DNA of 64,000 nucleotides. Origin: Candidatus Bathyarchaeota archaeon (GTDB lineage Archaea; Thermoproteota; Bathyarchaeia; TCS64). The notes beneath the pieces are model-generated. The model saw only the letters and a program-made list of their open reading frames with translations, searched no databases and was not told the origin of the DNA. Positions 50,078 to 60,257 of the stretch are shown piece after piece (position 1 is the first letter of the stretch; the number at the start of each line of letters is the position of its first letter). Position numbers and translations under genes: made by a program. The stretch spans positions 224,001 through 288,000 of the forward strand of contig CAVYLP010000004.1 of the NCBI GenBank assembly GCA_963769425.1, read 5' to 3'.

Positions 50078-51169
50078 ATGAAGATAACGTCGGTTGAGGC
50101 CAAGATCTACAATGTGCCCATCCACGTACCCATCATGGAACGGGACTATGATCGCCCTATAGTATTCGTCACCGTGGAGACGGACGAGGGTGTGACCGGC
50201 TACGGGCTCACCGGGGCGATTCAGCGTTCCGGGATCAAGGAGTTCATCAACAAGGAGCTCGCCCCCCTGCTGAAGGGAAAGAACCCCCTCGAGACCGAGG
50301 CCCTCTGGAACCAGATGTACGTCACCCACAACCCCCGCAGCCAGACGGGAATGTGGAGCTCAGCCGTGAGCGCCGTCGACATCGCCCTCTGGGACGTGAA
50401 GGGAAAGCACTACGGTGAGCCAGTCTGGAGACTGCTCGGCGGGGCGAAGAAGAAGGTCCCCGCCTACATCACATTCGGCCTACTAGAGTTTGACAAGGAG
50501 CAGCTCGCGGAGATGGCGACACGCTTCGTCAAGGAGGGGCAGGACAAGCTCAAGATGGTCGTTGCGATAAACGACGCGGATGACCCGGCTGAGGACGCCG
50601 CACGCGTGAAGGCGGTCAGGGAGGCGATCGGTGACAAGGTTCAGCTCATGATGGACGCCAACTACCTCTTCCCATTCAACAGGGCGCTCGAGCTGGCGAA
50701 GATGGTGGAACAGTATAGGATTAGCTGGTTCGAGGAGCCCCTCTATGGGAATGATGCTCGTCTGCTCGCCGACTTACGCAGGAAGACCAGCATCCCCATC
50801 TCCGCGGGGCAGAACGAGGGCTCCAAGTTCCGCCACCTCGAACTCCTCCTGAACGGCTCAGTAGACCTCCTCCAGCCAAACGTGTGCTACGTCGGCGGCT
50901 ACACGGAGGGGATGAAGGTGGCGGCGATGGCGCAGGCCTTCAACCTCCTGATAGCAAACGGCGGGGGCTGGCCCCACCACAACATGCACCTGCAGGCGGC
51001 GGCGCCAAACGGCTGGAGGGTAGAGTTCCACTACCTCATGTGGAAGGTGGGTGAGGCGATTTACAAGAACCCTCCAGGCCCGATTAGGGGGTGGGTCACC
51101 CTCTCCGAGGAGCCCGGACTCGGCCTCGAGCCTAGGGAGGACGCCCTGGAAGGTTACTTGGTAAAGTAG
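50078..51169 (+). CDS. Mandelate racemase/muconate lactonizing enzyme superfamily protein
   Basis: SAVDIALWD, KLK, MDAN, FEEP, PGLG. Confidence 0.9.
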   Translation: MKITSVEAKIYNVPIHVPIMERDYDRPIVFVTVETDEGVTGYGLTGAIQRSGIKEFINKELAPLLKGKNPLETEALWNQMYVTHNPRSQTGMWSSAVSAVDIALWDVKGKHYGEPVWRLLGGAKKKVPAYITFGLLEFDKEQLAEMATRFVKEGQDKLKMVVAINDADDPAEDAARVKAVREAIGDKVQLMMDANYLFPFNRALELAKMVEQYRISWFEEPLYGNDARLLADLRRKTSIPISAGQNEGSKFRHLELLLNGSVDLLQPNVCYVGGYTEGMKVAAMAQAFNLLIANGGGWPHHNMHLQAAAPNGWRVEFHYLMWKVGEAIYKNPPGPIRGWVTLSEEPGLGLEPREDALEGYLVK

Positions 51170-51207
51170 AAATAAGATGTCCCCATTAGGGGATGTATCA
51201 AAAAGGG

Positions 51208-52107
51208 TTACAGTGGGAGTTTCTTTCCGTCGACGTCTAGGAGCTGCCTCCACCTGTTGACGGCCTGCCCCTGGATGTACTCGTACTCGGAGTCATCGAG
51301 GTGCCTGAACCTTCCCTGGAGGCTTAGGGCCTCCCTGACGGGCTTTAACTCACGTGGCTTGTAGGTGAGCTTGAAGTTGTTGCCCTCGGTGACCTCGTAG
51401 AGGGGCCAGATGCCTGACTCAACCATGAGGCGCGCCACCTTTATGGTGCGCGCAGGGTCGAAGCCCCAGCCGGTGGGGCATGGGCTCTGGACGTGTAGAT
51501 ACTTGAAGCCCTTGATGCCCTTCGCGTACTGGAGTTTGCCGATGAGGTCGTTAGGGTAGGCGATGCTCGCAGTTGCGACGTATGGGATGTTGTGGGCCGC
51601 CATGATGAAGGGGACGTTCTTCTTGTTCGACCTCTTCCCCCTGCTCTCCGAGGCGACTGGCGTAGTGGTCGTGGACGCGTATATGGGCGTAAGCCCGCTG
51701 CGCTGTCCACCAGTGTTCATGTATGCCTCGTTGTCGGCGCATATCCAGAGGACGTTCTCGTTCCTCTCCGCCGCCGCGCTCATGGCTTGGAGCCCGATGT
51801 CGGCTGTTCCGCCGTCGCCGTAGAAACCGACGACGATCATGTCCTTGCCAACGGCTTCGAGGCCGTTAGTTATGCCGCTGATGAGTGCGCCTCCTCCCTC
51901 GAAGACTGTGCCCCTCCAGTAGAGAGGAATGCTCCCCTGGAGCGCGATCCAGATGCAGCCGGGGACGGATGTGTAGACTGTGTTCTTGCCGAGTACCTTG
52001 AACGCGATCCTGGCTAGTGTGGCGTGACCGCAGCCCTGGCAGCTGCTGTTGCCCATGGCCATGATCTCTTCGCCTTCTATGCGCTGGAATGCCGATGGTT
52101 TGCTCAT
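51208..52107 (-). CDS. 2-oxoacid:ferredoxin oxidoreductase beta subunit
   Basis: CQGCG, GDGGTADIG, DNEAYMNTGGQ, SPCPTGW. Confidence 0.92.
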   Translation of the reverse strand: MSKPSAFQRIEGEEIMAMGNSSCQGCGHATLARIAFKVLGKNTVYTSVPGCIWIALQGSIPLYWRGTVFEGGGALISGITNGLEAVGKDMIVVGFYGDGGTADIGLQAMSAAAERNENVLWICADNEAYMNTGGQRSGLTPIYASTTTTPVASESRGKRSNKKNVPFIMAAHNIPYVATASIAYPNDLIGKLQYAKGIKGFKYLHVQSPCPTGWGFDPARTIKVARLMVESGIWPLYEVTEGNNFKLTYKPRELKPVREALSLQGRFRHLDDSEYEYIQGQAVNRWRQLLDVDGKKLPL

Positions 52108-52108
52108 C

Positions 52109-53275
52109 TTAAGCGCCTCCTACCCACTCGACGGCTGTGGAAACCGGCTCCGTGACCGCCCTCAGTGTCTTCTCCGCTATCCTCTTGACAATCCCCGTGG
52201 TTACCTCGTCGCCGGCCATGCCTGTGTGGAACCCGAGGACCTTCGGCCTCTCCGCCATGTCGTAGATGGCGCTACGCGTCTCGTTGAGGACGTTACCGCC
52301 CCCGCCGAGGCTTACGTTCCTGTCGATGACGCCGATTGCGTGGTACTTCTTCGCCAGCGCCCTGATGTCGTCGACGGGGAACGGGCGGTAGCATTTGAGC
52401 TTGACGAGGCCGACCTTCTTGCCCTCGGCGCGCAGGTCGTCGATGACGACGCGTGCAGTGGATGCGATTGTGCCCATGGCGATTATCACTGCCTCGGCGC
52501 CATCGCAGTTGTGCTCCTCGATGAGGCCGTTGCCGTAGTTTCTGCCGAATGTCTTTGCGAAGTCGGCGTGCACCGACTTGATTGTTTCAAGGCTGTTCCT
52601 GAACTTGGTGTCGTGTTCGAGCCAAGCCTTCTGGCTGCCGTATAGGCGTCCCTGTCTCTTCTTCCACTCTTGGACCGGGAGGTGTATGTCTGGTGCCCAT
52701 GGGGCCTTGAGCGGCGGTAGCCACTCGTCGACGGCGCTCTGGTCGGGAATTTCGACGGGTTCCGCTGTGTAGCTGAGTATGTAGCCGTCGATGCCGAAGA
52801 CAGCGGGCGTCGGGTTACTCGGCTCCTCCGCGATCTTGTAGCTCATGAGGGCCGTGTCTAGGGCCTCCTGGTTGTCCTCGCAGTAGAGCTGTATCCATCC
52901 GTTGTCTCTCTGCGCCATGAGGTCGGTGTGGTCGGGCTGCATGCTCTTGTTGCTCCTGTGGACTACGCCCATGACGACTGGGAGGTCCGCGCCCTCCATC
53001 ATCGGGTGGTGCATGAAGAAGAGGCCGGGACCGGAGGTGGCGGTGAATACGCGTGCGCCGGCGAAGCTCGCGCCCTGCACGGCGACCATCGCGCTCAGCT
53101 CCGACTCGACCTCGATGAACTTGGCCTTCATCTCGCCGTTTGCGATGAACTCTGCGAGGTACTGGACGATCGTCGTCTGCGGCGTGATTGGGTACGCGGA
53201 TATGACCTGGACGCGCGCCAGTTTGGCGCCGTAGGCGACCGCCTTGTTGCCTACCATAAGCTCAGTGTGTGGCAT
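52109..53275 (-). CDS. 2-oxoacid:ferredoxin oxidoreductase alpha subunit
   Basis: YPITPQT, VESE, TATSGPG, YRPFP. Confidence 0.92.
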   Translation of the reverse strand: MPHTELMVGNKAVAYGAKLARVQVISAYPITPQTTIVQYLAEFIANGEMKAKFIEVESELSAMVAVQGASFAGARVFTATSGPGLFFMHHPMMEGADLPVVMGVVHRSNKSMQPDHTDLMAQRDNGWIQLYCEDNQEALDTALMSYKIAEEPSNPTPAVFGIDGYILSYTAEPVEIPDQSAVDEWLPPLKAPWAPDIHLPVQEWKKRQGRLYGSQKAWLEHDTKFRNSLETIKSVHADFAKTFGRNYGNGLIEEHNCDGAEAVIIAMGTIASTARVVIDDLRAEGKKVGLVKLKCYRPFPVDDIRALAKKYHAIGVIDRNVSLGGGGNVLNETRSAIYDMAERPKVLGFHTGMAGDEVTTGIVKRIAEKTLRAVTEPVSTAVEWVGGA

Positions 53276-53278
53276 CTT

Positions 53279-54088
53279 TTAGCCCTCCTTCTTCTCGCTC
53301 TCCATCACCATGGTGATGGCCTTCGTTGGGCACTCCTCGGCGCACACGCCGCAGCCCTTGCAGTAGACGTAGTCGATTGTGCTCTTCTTCTCGACCATGT
53401 TTATGCTGTGCTCGGGGCAGTAGGTCCAGCATATCTGGCACCCCGTGCATTTAGCGGAGTCGACGACGGGGCGGAAGGTGCGCCAGTCGGCGCGGCTGTT
53501 CGCTGGTTGCTGTGCTACCTTCTTCAGCTCCTTGACGACCCTGTTCTTCCCCACGATGGTCGAGTTGTATGCCTGCTCTACGGCCTTGGCGTTCGTGTCA
53601 GCCATGCGGCCCGACATCTCGGTCTTCACGGCCTTGAGGAGAGACTCGAGTTTGATCTCGCCCGTCGCCCTGGCGAACGCGCCGAGTATGGCAGTGTTCG
53701 TGATGGGGCGGCCAATGGTCTCGAGCGCCACCTTCGTGGCGTCGACGGTTGCGACCTTGTACTCGGATGTGAACTCCATCTCCTCCGGCTTGGAGGAGCT
53801 GTTTATGATTATCATGCCGTTGGGCTTGAGCCCCTCGGTGATGTTTACCGTGTTCCTGAGGAGGGGGTCGAGGACGACGACGTAGTCGGGCTCGTGGACG
53901 AGGCTCCGGACCATCCTGCTCTTCTCGCCGATGCGGACGAAGGCGGTGACGGGTGCCCCGCGCCTCTCCGTCCCGTACATGGGGATGGACTGGCTATGAT
54001 GCCCCTCGAGGAACGCTGCTATGGCGAGGACCCTGGACGCGGTGACCGCGCCCTGTCCTCCCCTGCCGTGGAATCGGATCTCGATCAA
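53279..54088 (-). CDS. 2-oxoacid:ferredoxin oxidoreductase gamma-delta fusion
   Basis: HGRGGQG, ERRGAPV, followed in frame by WRTFRP and two CxxCxxCxxxCP motifs. Confidence 0.92.
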
Positions 54089-54289
54089 AGGTATCTCACA
54101 GACAGTGTAGGGGCCGGTTAAGAGATTTTGCATTTACTGAAAAAGGGAATTCCCCACGGTGGGAACAGGGGCTATGTAATCACTGCGAAGGGGGGAGAGT
54201 TTGTTACAGCCCACAGGACCGTGAAGCAATTAATAGATGAACCGGGCGAAACTGTTTAAGCATCTCCGGTCGATTTTCACCTGATTCTT

Positions 54290-55562
54290 ATGTCTGTGAA
54301 GGCTATCGTCGGTGCTACGCTGATCGATGGGTCGGGTAAGAAGCCGCTACCCGACTCGGTCGTCGTGGTGAGGGAGGATAGGATCGAGGTTGTCGGGAAG
54401 CAGGGTGACGTCAAGGTCCCCGAAGGGGCAGAAGTTGTAGACGCCTCGGGCAAGTGGCTCCTCCCAGGGCTCATCGACCTACATGTCCATCTCTACGGCA
54501 GCGGCTTCGTGCCTGTGCCAACGAAAGGATCTGAGATGGCGTACGCCGGCCTCGTGGCGGGTAACAACCTCAGGCAGGCACTGCAGGCGGGTATAACGAC
54601 CCTTCGCGCTGTATCTGATAGAGACCACCTCGACATAGCGATGCGTGACGCCGTTGAGAGGCGCCAGATCATCGGTCCCCGCCTCTTCGTCGCCGGTGTG
54701 GGTATCTGTATGACAGGGGGTCACGGCTCCGGGCTACCGGGGGAGATGCATGAGGTGGACGGCCCCTGGGCGGTTAGGAAGGCGGTCCGCGAGGAGGTGA
54801 AGGCGGGTGTAGACTTCATCAAGTTGCTGAGCAGCCACCGGACGGATGACCGTGAGTTCACCGCCGAGGAGATTGAGGCAGGCGTAGATGAGGCACACGC
54901 GCATGGTAGGCGCTGTGCGATACACGTCGCTAACTTCGTTGGGACAAAGATGGCTACTGACGCCGGCGCCGATACAATCGAGCACGGGAGTTTCATCGAC
55001 AAGGAGACCGCGGAGAAGATGGCCTACAAGCGCATCGTACTCGTGCCTACGCTCTGGGTGAAGAACCACATCCCAGAGAGGACGACGAAGGCGAGGGCGG
55101 AGCAGTCGAGGACCGGCATTTGGAACCTCTCCGGCCGCGACCTAGAGCAGACCGAGAGCTGGTTCAATGGATGCGTCGAGCAGCTACCAAAAACGATGAA
55201 GCTGGCTAAATCGAAGAAGGTCCGAATAGGAACGGGGACAGACAATGTCTTCGGGGACCAGATGTTCGCTATGCTCCCCGAGGAGATAGAGTGGATGACG
55301 AAGTATGGCATTGAACAACATGGAGGCGATTGAGTCCGCGACCCGCGTCGGGGCGGAGGCGATAGGGGTGGAGAAGACCCTCGGCACAGTCGAGGTGGGG
55401 AAGCTAGCGGACATGATCATTGTCGCGGAGGACCCGCTGAAGGACATAACGACGCTTAAGAGGGTGGGCTGGGTGATGAAGGGTGGAGAGGTCGTTGGAC
55501 TACTACCCCGAGTGGAGACGAAGACCCATACAGGACCCACAGGAGATGCGCTAATTAGATAG
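54290..55562 (+). CDS. Amidohydrolase family protein (frameshift near 55315)
   Basis: LPGLIDLHVH, TGGHG, IEHG, GTD; GTVEVGKLAD in the second frame. Confidence 0.9.
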
Positions 55563-55569
55563 ATTTGAT

Positions 55570-56367
55570 TTAATTAAAGTATATCGAAGAAGTAATTCTG
55601 TTTTGAAATAGTTTGGTTTTAGCTTCCCTGTCAATTAGCTCCACTGCTTTTATTATTGTTTTTCGATATTGTAATAATAAACCTTCATTTAATTCGATTT
55701 TTTGATTTATATAATATTTTTTATCCTGAATTTTTTTAATAAATTGTGAATTTATTTTACCATTATTGTGAATTAAAATGTTTCTTATCTCTCTAATTTC
55801 TATTATTTTATCATTAATTTTTTCATAATTTTGTAATGATAAATTTAATACATTTTTAATATAACTAATCATATCATCATAAGTCATATGTCCAAGAGAG
55901 TCTATTTCTTTTAAAATTATTTTTTCAAATACTTCATCAATGTTTTTGTATTCAAATATTTCTTTATAGTTAAGATTTTTATTTGAATTTTTAAGGAACA
56001 GTTGATATTCATAATGATAGTTATAGACTAAATCCATTATATAAAAATCGTAAAGTGAAACCGAAAAAATTAATATTTGATTTCTTATGAAAGGCATTAA
56101 TTCGGATATATTATTTTTATAATTTATTTCAGTTTTTAAAAATGAGTTAAGTTCCGTTGTTGGAAAAGTTATTCCATGTGTCATGCCTAGAATTTTATTC
56201 ATTTTTTCTTCATCGGGATTTTTAATTAACTCGTTATATGTCCACTCACTTTTCTTTATTTCGTTAAATGTCAATATGCTTGCAAAAACCTCTATTTTGT
56301 CAAGTTTATACATGTTATTCATAAAGTTATCATATATTTCTGTATATCTTTTAATTCTTTTACCCAT
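55570..56367 (-). CDS. AT-rich HEPN-motif protein
   Basis: IREIRNILIHNNG (Rx4H); helical; composition far from the host backbone. Confidence 0.6.
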   Translation of the reverse strand: MGKRIKRYTEIYDNFMNNMYKLDKIEVFASILTFNEIKKSEWTYNELIKNPDEEKMNKILGMTHGITFPTTELNSFLKTEINYKNNISELMPFIRNQILIFSVSLYDFYIMDLVYNYHYEYQLFLKNSNKNLNYKEIFEYKNIDEVFEKIILKEIDSLGHMTYDDMISYIKNVLNLSLQNYEKINDKIIEIREIRNILIHNNGKINSQFIKKIQDKKYYINQKIELNEGLLLQYRKTIIKAVELIDREAKTKLFQNRITSSIYFN

Positions 56368-56872
56368 ATTTTATTGTTAATTTATGAAATATTTAAAATT
56401 ATTGCAAGAGTAATTTATTGTTATTTACCTCGTTTCTCAACTCGTCCCTGTCATTTTTAAGAGAGAATAAACACATATATAAAAATAGATGCATATATTA
56501 AAAGAATGGAATATAGTGATACAGAAGTAACCACAAACAAAGCCGCATACAAACACAGACGCACAGAAAAAAGAGAGAAGAACTTTTTCCGTTTATGAGA
56601 AGCTACGCTCAGAAAGAACCCCCCGCCTCACAATGGATGCGCAGACTCGGATGGGGCGGCCACGGACGCGAAAACTGTGGAAAAAGCGCCATACTAGTAG
56701 CAGGGTATCCACGCTCAGCTACGGACGCGGAAAACGCAAATTTCCACAAAAATATGCGCTTCCACGGCGAACTTTTCCGCCTTATGGTGGGTTGCGCAAA
56801 CAAGGGGGGTGTCGTGGCCTCGTTATCACCAGCTACTGGTGATTAGGGTGGGCATAGGATGGCGGAAATGAG

Positions 56873-57109
56873 ATGAGACACGTGGCAGTCCCTCAATCAC
56901 ATACTCTAGCGCGCGCGCTCACCGCGAGGGAGGAGATGAGGTACCTAGCAGGCGAGCTGAAGAGCGCCGCCGAGAGGGCAGGTGTCCCGACGCCCAGCTT
57001 CGACAGGATAACCTCATGGCTCAACGAGTCGAAAGAACCGCTAATCGATGGGAGCATGGAAGTGGGGCTCGATTACCGTGCCCTCCTCCTTTTGTTGGTA
57101 TTCAGGTGA
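56873..57109 (+). pseudogene. Probable ketopantoate-reductase-like C-terminal fragment
   Basis: AREEMRYLAGEL..AGVPTPSFDRI; no N-terminal domain upstream. Confidence 0.45.
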
Positions 57110-57169
57110 GCAGTCGGCGCACATCCGCAGCTCTATTAATTGGGATGCGCCCCCTCTACTCGATCCGAT

Positions 57170-57763
57170 TTGGCAGAGAAACCAGCTTACTACGACATCC
57201 GCGCAGAGCTCTGGAGGAGGAGCTGGGAACAGGCGAAGCCTCTGGGTGAGTTCCTCGTCGGCGCGCCGCAGGATCAAGCACAGCGTTGGGCCGAGTCAGC
57301 CGAGAGGGCGCCAGAGCTCACAGCGGACCAGAGAGCCCGCCTACAGGGGTACAACCGGACCGTGAGGGTGCTCATGGAGGGAGCCACGTGGTGTCTCGAC
57401 TGTGCCAGGATCACACCCTATCTGAGGGCGATCATGAATGCCATCGGGGAGATGGCGGAGCTGCGCCTCATCGATAGGGACGCCTCCCCCGAGTTGAGGG
57501 ACGAGCTCAAGATCATGGGCGCCCCTAGGGTGCCTCGTGTAGTCATCCTCAGCGAGGACTGGTTTGAGGTCGACCGACTGGGAGACCGGAGCCTCAGCGT
57601 CTACAGGAGCCGCATGGCTCGGGAGATCGGGAGGGGTGAGGACCACGGCGTCCTCAGCCCAGCCGCGAGGCAGGTAGAGCTCGCTGAGTGGGTCGACGCA
57701 CTCGAGCGTACACTAATTATACTCAGGACTGCACCTGCACTCAGGAAGCTTTACGGTGACTAA
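57170..57763 (+). CDS. Thioredoxin-like protein
   Basis: ATWCLDC, IDRD, RVP (cis-Pro). Confidence 0.85.
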   Translation: MAEKPAYYDIRAELWRRSWEQAKPLGEFLVGAPQDQAQRWAESAERAPELTADQRARLQGYNRTVRVLMEGATWCLDCARITPYLRAIMNAIGEMAELRLIDRDASPELRDELKIMGAPRVPRVVILSEDWFEVDRLGDRSLSVYRSRMAREIGRGEDHGVLSPAARQVELAEWVDALERTLIILRTAPALRKLYGD

Positions 57764-57887
57764 CTGCCAGCGGGTATTATATCCATAAACGCAGCATCTT
57801 CTTCGTAAGATTCTGCGAGGACATTGATAAAATTCATTGGATTCTTTTATAAACAGGGTCGCAGACACCCCTATTAGGTGCAGGGGA

Positions 57888-59093
57888 TTGGAGAAGGAGA
57901 GCAAGGCGAGCAGGGTTTGGCAACTCGAACTTTCGAGGCTGGCCCCAAACACGCGGGGAAGATATGTTCGATTGATGGACGCTTTTATGAGTCGTTTTGA
58001 TATTGCCACCCTTGAAGACCTTTACAAAATGCGAATAGAGGATTTGGAAGCCAAAGACTCACGCGATCAGGGACGAGTCGAGAGGCTTGTTAAAACCTAC
58101 ATGGACGAATTGGTTAAGCAGGGACAGAAGCCACAGACCGTAGCTCATGTTTTCAAAGCTGTTCAGCATTTCTTCAACTCTCAGGGTAGGAAAACAAAGC
58201 TGGAATTGGCTCCGAGGGATATTCCCAAGGGCGAATCTATTGGGCGAAGCCTGATCACGAAAGAGCAAATCAAACTCGTTTACGATAGTCCAGGTAGTGC
58301 GAAGCTGAGGAATCGCGCCCTGATGATGTTGTTAAAGGATACAGGGCTTCGAATCTCAGATGCACTCGCGTTTAATGTTGAGTCCTACACAACCGCGCAA
58401 ATAGTAGAAAATGAATCCAAAGAGCCATTCAAGATATTTGACCCCTCAGTCACGAAAAAATGCGGGGTTGTGGCTTACGTTGTCATTGGCCCAGAATCGG
58501 TTCAAGCTCTCGATTTGTACTTGAAGGAAAGGAGGGTGGGGGGGCTTTCGCAAAGTGATCCTTTGTTCGTAATCGAATATAACAATGCCTTTAGAGGATT
58601 TAGTAAAGGCGATAGACTGGGTGATGATGGAGGTAGCGAGGAATTCAGGAGGATAGCTAAAAACGCCAAAATCGGTAATAGGTTCGGCGCACACAGTTTC
58701 CGAAAATATTTCATAACCCAAATGCAAAGCGCTGGACTAAGCGAGCCCTGGATTAAGCGTCTTTGTGGTAAGAGCATTGGAGCGAGCGATAGCCCCTATT
58801 CAAAGCCACAAGACATGCCCGACCCCGAGGGAGTTTTCCCCAACCTGCTTGTCGCCTCCTATGTGAAGGCATACAAGGCCCTGCGAGTCTTTGGGGCAAC
58901 GGAGGAAGTGGAAGACCTTCGGGAGAGAGTAAAGGCGATTGAGTCTCTTGGCCCCGATTATTGGAAGGTCGTTATAGATGCTTCTAATGCTAAGGTTGAC
59001 AAACCAAAGGATAGTCCAAAGATCACCCTGACGATTGAGGAGCTTAACAGGCTCATAGATGAGAGACTAAAGGCAAGTAAACAAAATCGCTGA
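57888..59093 (+). CDS. Tyrosine recombinase/integrase
   Basis: RNRAL..TGLRISD (R), TKK (K), HSFRK (HxxR), LCGK, SPYS (Y); C-terminal coiled tail. Confidence 0.92.
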   Translation: MEKESKASRVWQLELSRLAPNTRGRYVRLMDAFMSRFDIATLEDLYKMRIEDLEAKDSRDQGRVERLVKTYMDELVKQGQKPQTVAHVFKAVQHFFNSQGRKTKLELAPRDIPKGESIGRSLITKEQIKLVYDSPGSAKLRNRALMMLLKDTGLRISDALAFNVESYTTAQIVENESKEPFKIFDPSVTKKCGVVAYVVIGPESVQALDLYLKERRVGGLSQSDPLFVIEYNNAFRGFSKGDRLGDDGGSEEFRRIAKNAKIGNRFGAHSFRKYFITQMQSAGLSEPWIKRLCGKSIGASDSPYSKPQDMPDPEGVFPNLLVASYVKAYKALRVFGATEEVEDLRERVKAIESLGPDYWKVVIDASNAKVDKPKDSPKITLTIEELNRLIDERLKASKQNR

Positions 59094-59278
59094 CTGCACC
59101 CCATTTTCCTTAACCCATCGTCTACCCATCTTTAGCTAATTCTGTACTCCTAAACATACACAATTCGGTATCTTTCATCTTTCGAGAACCACAGCGACAG
59201 GCCACGGCACACCTTTAATGAATGGTCTTCAACTATGGAAATCTGTGAGAGTATCAGCTAAATAGAGAGATTGTGTGT

Positions 59279-59354
59279 ACTGTTAGGTCGGCACCATTCA
59301 TTGTATGCATAACTCTATATCGAAACCATACAACTGTAAGCTCGGCACCCCTTC
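59279..59354. repeat. Pair of imperfect 22-bp direct repeats
   Basis: ACTGTTAGGTCGGCACCATTCA (59279) and ACTGTAAGCTCGGCACCCTTCA (59333). Confidence 0.6.
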
Positions 59355-59477
59355 ACTCTATACAACTGTTACAATCACACATTTTAATCACACTCCAACA
59401 GCCTGTATTGACTACTGTTTATTGGGGTGAGTGAAGAATGACGGCATAAGAACAAGGCACTATTCTACTTGTGTATT

Positions 59478-59861
59478 CTACTCAGGCTGTGAGCGGTTAA
59501 CCTTTGTTTCCCAATCCTTAATCGGTAGAAAATTTTGATAGGCTTTACCACCTATTAAAACAAGTTCTCTTACTCTTGGAACATTGCCGACATAAGTGTC
59601 CCAAACTCCTACACTGTCTGGCGTATTGCTCCAAAACCAAGTTGTCTTGCATTTTTCGCAAAATAGCCCCTTTTCGTAATTGTGCTTTTTATTATAGGAC
59701 TTGTCAAGAGAATCATTTTGAAAAATTAAGCTCTCATCTGTAAAGACTTTGACATTTGGGTTTCCCTCACAATAGGGACAAGTGAGCAGGCGAGTTCCCT
59801 GTTTTCTTTCCTCTTCAGTCCCCTTTGGTATTGGTAGCATGTACTCCACTTTATCTATCAA
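59478..59861 (-). CDS. Zinc-ribbon-like hypothetical protein
   Basis: CPYC..CEKC. Confidence 0.6.
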   Translation of the reverse strand: MIDKVEYMLPIPKGTEEERKQGTRLLTCPYCEGNPNVKVFTDESLIFQNDSLDKSYNKKHNYEKGLFCEKCKTTWFWSNTPDSVGVWDTYVGNVPRVRELVLIGGKAYQNFLPIKDWETKVNRSQPE

Positions 59862-59918
59862 TTACAAACACAAATATTTTAACATTCAACAAAGGTTAGT
59901 TCTGTAACGGTGTATAAA

Positions 59919-60179
59919 ATGGCTGAAAAACTTCAAAATAGAAAGGACATTTTGAACATTCTCGTCGGGGCTTACATTGGCATTATAGCCTCATTGATCA
60001 CAAGCCTTTGGTTGTACTTTTTTCAAAAGATTTCACTAGACAAGCTTGATACTACTTCGACCGCTGGGCTGTTTATTGGAGTGTCGGTAGTTCTGGCGGC
60101 TTGTCTCATTTGGATGTTGAGATATGTCCAAAGACTGGTAAATGAAATAAACGAGCTTTCCAAGCATTCCCCCACTTGA
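59919..60179 (+). CDS. Small 2-TM membrane protein
   Basis: Two hydrophobic helices. Confidence 0.55.
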   Translation: MAEKLQNRKDILNILVGAYIGIIASLITSLWLYFFQKISLDKLDTTSTAGLFIGVSVVLAACLIWMLRYVQRLVNEINELSKHSPT

Positions 60180-60257
60180 AGCTTTGAATATATTAAACCC
60201 ATGTGTTTAATCCCAGCCCCTTGACATCTTTTGGGCTTGGGCTTCTTTCTGTAGGCT

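Noticed and set aside
50078-54088. Mandelate to phenylglyoxylate to benzoyl-CoA pathway
   Set aside because: The racemase His-Asp dyad is absent and no mandelate dehydrogenase is nearby, so the substrate cannot be assigned.
57771-57787. TTATATCCATA as an archaeal dif-like site at the element boundary
   Set aside because: Only one arm resembles dif; there is no matching inverted arm.
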